Of a DNA stretch of 64,000 nt, positions 35,949 to 43,534 are shown one piece after another (position 1 is the first letter of the stretch; each line of letters starts with the position of its first letter). Under the pieces are notes generated by a model. That model did no database searches. It worked only from the letters and a program-made list of their open reading frames with translations, and was not told where the DNA came from. Source of the DNA: a virus; IMG/VR virus record IMGVR_UViG_3300033141_001941, positions 1 to 64,000 of that record. One strand, written 5' to 3'. The position numbers and the translations under genes were made by a program.

Positions 35949-36231
35949 GACAACACCCTCCAAAGATAAAGTCTCTAGCCATCTTCTCACCTTCAGTAAG
36001 TAATTTGCGAACCTCTCGAACACAATCAGGACACAGTGTTATGTCTTTGCTCCCAAAACCAGGACGCAAAATATTATACCACCACAGAGCACGTGCGTTT
36101 GCTAATCGGCGTATTTCATCGGTGCACAACACACTCACTGCGTCAGATATAGTACGAAAGCAACCAGCCCCATAAACCGTTTTTACAGCTACTTTGCCAC
36201 ACCTGGTGCATGTTATTTTTATCTCAATCAT
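35941..36231 (-). CDS. Zinc-ribbon hypothetical protein
   Basis: 96 aa with CTRCGK ... CPDC pairs. Confidence 0.5.
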   Translation of the reverse strand: MIEIKITCTRCGKVAVKTVYGAGCFRTISDAVSVLCTDEIRRLANARALWWYNILRPGFGSKDITLCPDCVREVRKLLTEGEKMARDFIFGGCCHE

Positions 36232-36580
36232 ATGTCACCCACTAATAAGCGAATCATCTTATGTAGACATACGGTAGGTCGGTTTCTGTATCTATCCACC
36301 AAACTCAAACGCCCGACATCCCATGCCCATCTGCTCCCGCCATGGTCAAAAGCAGACTACCGCAAGTTTACGTCATCGTCTTCCACTAATTTTCTAAGAA
36401 CTGGATCCATTATATAAGTTTTATTACTGGTAAAGTCCTACCACCATTTCTTGTCACCACAAGGAGCATCCTCAATTCCAGCCGCACGTAGGTGCCGCCC
36501 GATGCGGAGTATACCGTCTAGCTCAAGGCCGTCGCGTTGCAAGGCTTTAACGAACGGTTTTAGAGTTTCTTCCTACTTTT

Positions 36581-36805
36581 TCATACCTCTTCCTCGCAGA
36601 TACTATAACACACCCAACATGGTTCATCGTCTACATTGAACATGGTCCCATGAACATTGCAGCGCCACAAACTCCCAAAGATGTGAACCCAGTTGTTGGC
36701 CTTTAGTTGCTCAAAGCCTGGTACTAGAGCACACTTGTAAAGCGTTGTACCGTCTCCAAACCACTCGCTTCGGAAATGCTTGCAGCCAAAGCATGTGTTA
36801 TTCAT
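36581..36805 (-). CDS. Cys-rich small hypothetical protein
   Basis: 74 aa with CFGC ... CWVC pairs. Confidence 0.45.
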   Translation of the reverse strand: MNNTCFGCKHFRSEWFGDGTTLYKCALVPGFEQLKANNWVHIFGSLWRCNVHGTMFNVDDEPCWVCYSICEEEV

Positions 36806-37502
36806 ACTTCACCACCGCCTGCACAAGCTGAAGCGTTGAACGTTGAAGCGCGCCTGTAGTAGAATAATAGACAGAAACACCACCTAACAACTCCCAACCG
36901 TCCTTGAGGCGTTTTCTGATTTCCATACACAGCTGTTCTGGAGCTTCAATCAAGACGTCATAATCAACCACTTTACGCTGTGGTCCATAGTAAGGCTTAT
37001 GATGCCAAGTGCCAACATCATCTAGAAATGTATGCTTTTGTGAATCCACACTCCTAACAAAGGAACATGGCATAACTCCACGTAAGGGGTTTGCCTCAGA
37101 TTGCTCATCCTCAGTCACTTCAGCAACACGTACAGGCAAAACACCTAACTGAGTCTTTTTAAGCTCATAATTAACTTGTCCGTAATATAGAAATACTCTC
37201 CACGCATACGAATCATGATTGCTATACGGAACAGAACTCCAGTAACTAGTAGATAAAATATTATCTATTCCAACATCATCCCGGACAGCAGGCATACACT
37301 TTGAGTAATCCAAAAGAGAAAACAGCTCAGCAACAGTTGGCAACCTAAATCCACCACCTATTAAATACTTACAAGCACTTAAAGCATTTATCCAAGGCAA
37401 CCTACCAAAATAGTTAGCATCAACCAACCACTCCAAACCAGTCTTTTCATCTATCCAGGTTTTCACGCAAAAGCCTCCCAACAACCAAAAAGTGACATTC
37501 AA
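36798..37502 (-). CDS. DUF1566 (Lcl C-terminal-like) domain protein with DUF1737-like tail
   Basis: TGLEWLVD...GGGFRLPTVAELFSL...YWSSVPYSNHDSYAWRVFLYYGQV is the DUF1566 pattern. The C-terminus RKRLKDGWELLGGVSVYY...LVQAVV resembles DUF1737. Confidence 0.6.
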   Translation of the reverse strand: MNVTFWLLGGFCVKTWIDEKTGLEWLVDANYFGRLPWINALSACKYLIGGGFRLPTVAELFSLLDYSKCMPAVRDDVGIDNILSTSYWSSVPYSNHDSYAWRVFLYYGQVNYELKKTQLGVLPVRVAEVTEDEQSEANPLRGVMPCSFVRSVDSQKHTFLDDVGTWHHKPYYGPQRKVVDYDVLIEAPEQLCMEIRKRLKDGWELLGGVSVYYSTTGALQRSTLQLVQAVVKYE

Positions 37503-37539
37503 TTATTCACAGTATACCATATAGCTCCGTGTTCGCAGA

Positions 37540-38109
37540 TCAAATAATAACTTCTCCAAAGTCCTTATACGCCGGCGGGAGATCAACAACGCATAACCGC
37601 CTATACTCCGACAGCTTAGCAACCACCGACCTATGGTAGCTTTCCTGCACACATACTTTCCACCAGTGCCACTGCACAAACAAATAATCCACCATATCCA
37701 TAGCACCAGTCTCAATCATATGCTCTATAATAGCATACTCAGCGCCTTCTATATTCATCTTTATGAATAATTTGTCTTCAGATGAGAACACACGCTTCAA
37801 CCAGCTCGCAAAGTCTATGCACTTCACAGCTACCGGGCGGTCGTAATTTACTCTTCCAGTTATCTTACCCTGCACCAATGTACTCCCATCGTCCGCAGCA
37901 GTACTCAAATAAATGGGCATCACACCATCAATCACCCACGCCGCCCGCTCATGCAGAATACACCACTCAGGATAGTTAGCCGTACTTATGTACTTAACCA
38001 ATGGCTCAAACGAATGTACTTCACACTTGCCGTCTTTGTCATACTTCTCACGCCACAACCTAACCGAACTGCCATTATGTCCACCCAAATCAATAAAAGC
38101 ACACTTCAT
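37540..38109 (-). CDS. FkbM-family methyltransferase
   Basis: FIDLGGHNGSSV ... HSFEP ... FIKMNIEGAEYAIIEHM is the Methyltransf_21/FkbM signature. Confidence 0.7.
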   Translation of the reverse strand: MKCAFIDLGGHNGSSVRLWREKYDKDGKCEVHSFEPLVKYISTANYPEWCILHERAAWVIDGVMPIYLSTAADDGSTLVQGKITGRVNYDRPVAVKCIDFASWLKRVFSSEDKLFIKMNIEGAEYAIIEHMIETGAMDMVDYLFVQWHWWKVCVQESYHRSVVAKLSEYRRLCVVDLPPAYKDFGEVII

Positions 38110-38112
38110 AAA

Positions 38113-38997
38113 CTATAGCTCCATTATGTATCTACGCAACGTCTGAAACCTCGCCTCCAGCCCATGATTCGCCCGCACAAACCTGCGCGCTCTCCTACGC
38201 ATGGCAGCCACAATGTCATCGTTCCTTGGCAAAACAATATTTTCAACAACATCTTTCCACGAATTATCAGTAATGGGAAAATAATGCTCAAACTTCCGCA
38301 ACCCAACCGCTTCCATATCAGCACACGGTTTCACCAATACCAGCGTCCCGGCAGCCATCGCCTCAAAAATCTTTGCTACGACCATACCAAATACGCTACA
38401 ATCTGTTATCAGAGCCAAATACTGATACAAAAGTTGCGCGTAATCGTCCCCTATAGCAAATCGGCTATGCCGGTAGTCAATCAGCGGGTGCCCCGCATCA
38501 GCAATGCTAGCTCTAAGCGGGTACACTACAGGGTTTATCGCACCAGACAACAGCACACGCCTTCTGGGAGCTGGATTCATACCAAACGAGTACCGCTTAT
38601 CAGTAGCAAAAAAGAATGGAAAGTATCTGAACTTAGGCTGAAGATGCGGGAATAGCTGCAAGAAGTGTTCTTTAACAGGAGATAGGATTAAGTCCGCTCT
38701 TTCAAACATCGCAGCTCTATGTTCCCGGCATCTTTCGTTACCGTAACACTGCACTTCTCGTGTATATACAATAAGACGAACGTTGGAAGGTAGATCAACA
38801 AACCGATACACAGGATAGTCCAGAAAATTATGATGTGGAACAGCATAAGCAATAACAACGTCATACCCAGTAAGTACCGGCCAATCCGTGTACTTGATAT
38901 GAAATCCAAGATCATCTCTAATCCTCCTAAACAAAAACTTATAGTTGTCCGTATGCCTACCAATAAAAAACTGCGGCAGTACAATAACCCCTCGCAT
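38113..38997 (-). CDS. CgeB-like / group-1-like glycosyltransferase
   Basis: The likely start is at 38997 (GGGAGGGG SD). The C-terminal FGMVVAKIFEAMAAGTLVLV resembles the Glyco_trans_1_2 (CgeB) motif. Confidence 0.5.
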   Translation of the reverse strand: MRGVIVLPQFFIGRHTDNYKFLFRRIRDDLGFHIKYTDWPVLTGYDVVIAYAVPHHNFLDYPVYRFVDLPSNVRLIVYTREVQCYGNERCREHRAAMFERADLILSPVKEHFLQLFPHLQPKFRYFPFFFATDKRYSFGMNPAPRRRVLLSGAINPVVYPLRASIADAGHPLIDYRHSRFAIGDDYAQLLYQYLALITDCSVFGMVVAKIFEAMAAGTLVLVKPCADMEAVGLRKFEHYFPITDNSWKDVVENIVLPRNDDIVAAMRRRARRFVRANHGLEARFQTLRRYIMEL

Positions 38998-39020
38998 TTT
39001 ACCCCTCCCGTGCAACACTG

Positions 39021-39407
39021 CTACTTTTTAGCTGCTAACACGTGCTCCAAAACACGTATTACATTATGACAAGCACAATCTATTTCTTCTACACCCAGCA
39101 CATAGCGACACTCAGCAATATATCTAAGCGGATAAAGAAGTATCTCCAGCACTTCATGAAGCGCCGTCTTACGCAGCTCGGCAGTAGTCGGAACACTTAC
39201 ACGAAAGCTGCCCCAATCCTCACACAGAAAAACGTCAGCCATCCTACCATCATGATTAAAAGATACTTCTGCATAACCGTCATCCATAGGCTTCAAGAAA
39301 TACCGCACTTCCCAATTATACAACCCAAGTACATCAAGCCACCGCTTGCACTCACGTTTGAAAAACTCAAACTGCTTCTGAGTAACCTGCCCACTCTGCT
39401 TAGCCAT
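39021..39407 (-). CDS. Hypothetical protein
   Basis: 128 aa with AGGAGGTGG SD. ALHEVLEIL is not a true HExxH motif. Confidence 0.5.
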   Translation of the reverse strand: MAKQSGQVTQKQFEFFKRECKRWLDVLGLYNWEVRYFLKPMDDGYAEVSFNHDGRMADVFLCEDWGSFRVSVPTTAELRKTALHEVLEILLYPLRYIAECRYVLGVEEIDCACHNVIRVLEHVLAAKK

Positions 39408-39564
39408 ACCACCTCCTGTTTCTCCAGTCCCTTATAGCTACAACAACCCAACACACGGCCATAATCCAAACCACTGCTAACACAAGAGAAACCGCAAACC
39501 TATCCAGACCAAAAACCACCGGTGTAGCCAGCCAAACGTCAAAAGCGTCAAACAGCTTCGTCAT
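39400..39564 (-). CDS. Small membrane protein (54 aa, below the track cut-off)
   Basis: My translation is MTKLFDAFDVWLATPVVFGLDRFAVSLVLAVVWIMAVCWVVVAIRDWRNRRWYG. ATGA overlap with the upstream stop. It ends overlapping the next start. Confidence 0.4.
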   Translation of the reverse strand: MTKLFDAFDVWLATPVVFGLDRFAVSLVLAVVWIMAVCWVVVAIRDWRNRRWYG

Positions 39565-39875
39565 AATGTTTCCTTCATCATAGCTCTAAGCAGAATCAGG
39601 TAGTTTATGGAGTCAATGATCTTCTCGTCCCAAACACTAATATCAACTGGACGCTGCCCAAGAGCGCCGTGAATCAAATCATATACGGATACTATGTGCT
39701 TTGCCAACATCCCACCAAGTGCTTCCGCCGGAGTGCACCGCTGCAAATCGGCGGCCTGTTTAAAGTTATACAACCGATCGTCTGAAGAAGCATACTCTCT
39801 AGCTTTCACGATCAGCACTTTTCGTATGATATCAAAAGTATCTTCAACTATCTTGTCAAATTCATCTACAGTCAA
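39561..39875 (-). CDS. DUF1599-like protein (nucleotide-modification-associated helical domain)
   Basis: TTG start with AAGGAG SD. KAREYASSDDRLYNFKQAADL...AKHIVSVYDLI resembles DUF1599 as I remember it. Confidence 0.4.
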   Translation of the reverse strand: MTVDEFDKIVEDTFDIIRKVLIVKAREYASSDDRLYNFKQAADLQRCTPAEALGGMLAKHIVSVYDLIHGALGQRPVDISVWDEKIIDSINYLILLRAMMKETL

Positions 39876-39935
39876 CGTCTATCTCCTTTTGCTTCGCTTA
39901 CCCTTTTTACACGAGGGCAACGTCGGATACTTCCG

Positions 39936-40103
39936 TCAAACAGCTTTACGTACTTTTGCCTTCTCAGCGGAAGTACCAAACTGCGCCACACGAGCCAACG
40001 CAGCAACAGCATGACTTCTGTCATGAATCGGATACCGCCTACCAGGGAGGGCAAAGTTGCTCGACTTAATCCGCTTCCTACCCTTTGTCGTCAAAGTAGC
40101 CAT
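39936..40103 (-). CDS. Small conserved-looking basic protein (55 aa, below the track cut-off)
   Basis: My translation is MATLTTKGRKRIKSSNFALPGRRYPIHDRSHAVAALARVAQFGTSAEKAKVRKAV. TAATG overlap with the upstream gene. The FALPxxRxYPIxDxxH motif recurs in small phage proteins. Confidence 0.5.
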   Translation of the reverse strand: MATLTTKGRKRIKSSNFALPGRRYPIHDRSHAVAALARVAQFGTSAEKAKVRKAV

Positions 40104-40903
40104 TACAATTCACCTCCTTCGGTCTTTACTCCAAGCTTCATCCTTCCCACCCGTTTATTAAATTCGCGCAGTAGATCCGTACGCTTGAACTTGATATGCA
40201 ATGAGCCCTTCTTATACCACTTAAAGCAAAAGTATTGTGTCTCACATTCCCACTTTTTCTCCTTAATGGCTTGCTTTATGGCCGTAACAGCATTATTTGG
40301 AGCTTTTGCAGCGCCCTTGCCGTCCAAGAGATGAAAGACATTATCAAGAATCTGTATGTTTTCTTCCCCGTGGCCGTGAAGCCTGACAAAACCATAACTT
40401 GTATCAATCACAAAGTCCTTAATAACTTTTTGGCTTATCTCAAACCTACTCGCACGATTGGTTTTGTATTCATCCCACGCGCCGGGCTGAAGCCACTGAC
40501 ATGTTTCTTCCGCCATTTCGTCAAATAGATGCTCCAGGTTGTCATAAATGTTTTTACAAAAACTTAAAATCGTCACTTCGGACGGCTCCGGAACGTCTCC
40601 TTCCTCTATTTGCTTTTCCAGTTTCCTTTTTTTGGCGGTCGGCATAAATGCCGGGAGTTCCAGTAATGATAAGATACGATACCAACAAGCTTTTTTCATC
40701 TCCTTCTTAATATCATCTGCACTCCACATATCAAACTTATACGGAATAAAAGACGAAACATATTGCTCAGGCGTGACAAACGCCATCTTCAATAACTTCT
40801 TTGCTTCGCTTATCTCCGCAAACGCATTGTCGATCTTCCGACACGCTGTCTCATATGCCGCAGCCATGGCTTTAGCTGTTGGTCTTGTAACAAGCGCATA
40901 CAT
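40103..40903 (-). CDS. DUF4942-like protein
   Basis: 266 aa. The C-terminus ...FKWYKKGSLHIKFKRTDLLREFN resembles the DUF4942 C-terminal signature, which is often methyltransferase-associated. Confidence 0.45.
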   Translation of the reverse strand: MYALVTRPTAKAMAAAYETACRKIDNAFAEISEAKKLLKMAFVTPEQYVSSFIPYKFDMWSADDIKKEMKKACWYRILSLLELPAFMPTAKKRKLEKQIEEGDVPEPSEVTILSFCKNIYDNLEHLFDEMAEETCQWLQPGAWDEYKTNRASRFEISQKVIKDFVIDTSYGFVRLHGHGEENIQILDNVFHLLDGKGAAKAPNNAVTAIKQAIKEKKWECETQYFCFKWYKKGSLHIKFKRTDLLREFNKRVGRMKLGVKTEGGEL

Positions 40904-41001
40904 AACTAAACAATCCCGTTGTAGAATAAATAACCAGCCGATCCGCCGTAACCGACACGGTGGGACCAGCTGGCCGTCCCCTACCCTCTAATAGAGTAGT
41001 T

Positions 41002-41853
41002 TTATGCAGAGTGGGGACGCTTAAAACAAGAAGTATATTCGTGCATCAGCTCACCAAAATGCTTTGCTTCCTGTCTCAGATAAAAATCTGTACAACCAGC
41101 AAACCGACTACATGACCGCTTCGTAACACTACAGCTGTGTCTTCCAAGCTCATAGTGCCCACGTTCGATAAGCTTATGAAACGCCCCAATCTCTCCATGC
41201 TCCTCAGTAGGAAAATCAACAAACTCTCTTATCCGCACCCACCACTCGTCAAAACGCAAACACAACTCATCATACGGAACAACCAGCACATGCTCCTTGC
41301 AACTATTCAAAATGCTCTTACATGCAGCAACATCAGGCAACAACTCATTGTACAGATTAACAGGAGTCAACTTCCCCAATCTCGGTTTCCACGCATTACT
41401 ACCAACCTTAAGCTTGAGCCTATTATAACACGAAATGTAAATATCTCTGGGGTCACGATACATGAGCAGTATCTTAAAACCGTGGTCCTTAACAAACGGA
41501 AACGTACTTGTGCTGATATAATTAAACCAACCAGTAAGACGAATCTCCTTCACACCAACTTGCTGTATCTTACCAACAATAGCATTTACAACATCACCGG
41601 TATACTTCAACCAGCTATACCGCTGATATTTTCTCCTGTATTCTACAACAGCTTCGCTTACATCAACACCATATCCCTCTTGGAGCATCCGACACGACAA
41701 ATCAGTAAGCAAAAAAGTATTTCTGTGAAACCACGGCTCATGAAAAACAAAAGACTCAGGCGGGTGTGTCAGCAACTCTTGAACGAGCGTTGTACCAGTC
41801 CGCATGAGTCCGAATACCAAGACAAACGGTCTCTTCTTAGCTTCTTCACCCAT
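41002..41853 (-). CDS. Sulfotransferase (PAPS-dependent family)
   Basis: FVLVFGLMRTGTTLVQELL is 5'-PSB-like (PKxGTT type). LLMYRDPRDIYIS is a 3'-PB-like RDPRD motif. Confidence 0.7.
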   Translation of the reverse strand: MGEEAKKRPFVLVFGLMRTGTTLVQELLTHPPESFVFHEPWFHRNTFLLTDLSCRMLQEGYGVDVSEAVVEYRRKYQRYSWLKYTGDVVNAIVGKIQQVGVKEIRLTGWFNYISTSTFPFVKDHGFKILLMYRDPRDIYISCYNRLKLKVGSNAWKPRLGKLTPVNLYNELLPDVAACKSILNSCKEHVLVVPYDELCLRFDEWWVRIREFVDFPTEEHGEIGAFHKLIERGHYELGRHSCSVTKRSCSRFAGCTDFYLRQEAKHFGELMHEYTSCFKRPHSA

Positions 41854-42787
41854 CCCCCAACACCTCCAATACCTGCTCTATAACTTTATCGAAGTCGTAC
41901 CGCTCGACAATGTACTCCCTATATGCTTCTGGAGTGTACTCAGCAGAAAAGAGCGCGTGCAGCTCATCAAACGTGTTCCACACCCACTTCTTATCATATA
42001 CTTCTTCAGCTCCAGGGAAGTTGTGAATCAGCGGCTTACAACCGCACAGCATTCCCTCCATCAACGACAAATTCTGAGACTCCCATGGGGACGTACAAAT
42101 AACACACTCCTTGTCTTTTAGAAATTCAGCTATATCCTCCACCTTTCCGTACATCTTCACCTTATCGGACAAACCAAGCCGAATAAGCATATGCTGAATG
42201 TAATAGTCGAATCGCAGCTCTTGAACAGCTCCAGCCCAATGAAGCTCAACATCCTCACCAACAGATAGCAAATGATGAAACGCATGTAAGAGCAACATTG
42301 GGCCTTTCTTGTGGTTTATATTCCCAACATGAGCAATCGTGCCGGGATTTTTCTCCGTGCTCAATTGGAACTTGCATGTATTCAAGCCATTTGGCACCAC
42401 AACCGTCTCCCTTACGCTGAGCATGGACGAACAAAGTGCCTGTATATGATTTGACACAAACACAACAACGTCCACCACAGGCCAATTGAGCCCCGTATAC
42501 AACCCAACTAACGCCTCATAACTATGACACCGCACAATTACGCGCTTATCACGCAGCAACCCTTCGGCTTTCTTGGTTACAGCAATGGTCAGCTCATTTG
42601 CCCACTCAAACCAAATAACGTCTGCCCACTTTATTGCAGTAGTCACAACATCTGAGTCAACAGAAAAAACTCTCCTTATACGCAGCTCCGTATTACGTAA
42701 AAGATGATCACAAATCGGAGCTATAAACGTAGTCAAGTTCGGACTACATATAAAAGCAATCTTCTTACCGGAGTCAACAAACCTCAT
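41846..42787 (-). CDS. Group-1 (GT4-like) glycosyltransferase
   Basis: ...VICTSPWESQNLSLMEGMLCGCKPLIHNFPGAEEV is the E-x7-E type GT1/GT4 C-terminal motif. Confidence 0.75.
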   Translation of the reverse strand: MRFVDSGKKIAFICSPNLTTFIAPICDHLLRNTELRIRRVFSVDSDVVTTAIKWADVIWFEWANELTIAVTKKAEGLLRDKRVIVRCHSYEALVGLYTGLNWPVVDVVVFVSNHIQALCSSMLSVRETVVVPNGLNTCKFQLSTEKNPGTIAHVGNINHKKGPMLLLHAFHHLLSVGEDVELHWAGAVQELRFDYYIQHMLIRLGLSDKVKMYGKVEDIAEFLKDKECVICTSPWESQNLSLMEGMLCGCKPLIHNFPGAEEVYDKKWVWNTFDELHALFSAEYTPEAYREYIVERYDFDKVIEQVLEVLGDG

Positions 42788-42972
42788 ATCTCAACCCTTC
42801 CTTTCCTTCCTTTCTAGATAAACCCTCCCGTGCTCCAAAGCTGCCACCGACGCCCGGCTTCCTTTCCAGGAGAAATAGCGACCACCCCAAACGTTTTCGA
42901 GAAAGCCTTGGTATACCCGGACTGCGCCAGAAAGCCCGTCGGAAAGGAGGCGTTTGGGGTAACCCAGAACAT

Positions 42973-43179
42973 TTACTGCACATCACTTCCAATACTAACA
43001 GGTCGAAGCAGTACATCACCACGCTTCACCGCACCAATTGCTCCACCGCTGTCAACGATAGCAACCACCTCATATCTTATGCAACTAATCTGAAGCTGCA
43101 TCCCAACACGAAGCCGAATAAACATGTCTGCTGGCTTTCCCTCATCCTGAACCTGCTTATAACCAAGACTATCAGCCAT
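42973..43179 (-). CDS. Small hypothetical protein
   Basis: The likely start is MADSLGYK at 43179, preceded by GGAAGGAGAGGGG. Confidence 0.45.
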   Translation of the reverse strand: MADSLGYKQVQDEGKPADMFIRLRVGMQLQISCIRYEVVAIVDSGGAIGAVKRGDVLLRPVSIGSDVQ

Positions 43180-43534
43180 CACCCCTCTCCTTCCTGCTCT
43201 CAGCAAGCAACTTTTCCACGAGCGCCCTCCCACGTGGAGTCATCATACCAAAGCGTTTCTCAATAGCAGCGCACCCAACATCAGTAGTACACCACGCCTT
43301 AATATCATCAAACAGCTCCCCACAAGTACGACTACCGTTAAACAACGCAACTTGCACACTTACACAATCCATGCAGACAGCAAACCTGTGAAGACGATCA
43401 TCGCGCTTTACAACAACAGACTCATAACTTACTCCAGGAGACAACTCCACCCCACACTCAACACACGAGACCGGGGTGTCAGCTACTTCCTCAAAAGAGA
43501 CACGAACGATCCTGTCAAAATCACGCGCGCGCAT
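43172..43534 (-). CDS. Cys-rich hypothetical protein
   Basis: 120-aa ORF abutting the portal stop. Confidence 0.5.
   Translation of the reverse strand: MRARDFDRIVRVSFEEVADTPVSCVECGVELSPGVSYESVVVKRDDRLHRFAVCMDCVSVQVALFNGSRTCGELFDDIKAWCTTDVGCAAIEKRFGMMTPRGRALVEKLLAESRKERGDG

Noticed and set aside
39021-39407. Metalloprotease call based on ALHEVLEIL
   Set aside because: The sequence is HExxE, not HExxH, and there is no supporting third-ligand motif. The ORF is left as hypothetical.
42774-43022. 82-aa minus-strand ORF in the gap upstream of the GT4 gene
   Set aside because: Its composition is Arg/Gly/Leu-rich and it has no SD. It overlaps both the preceding gene's end and the GT4 start, so the region is better explained as a structured leader.
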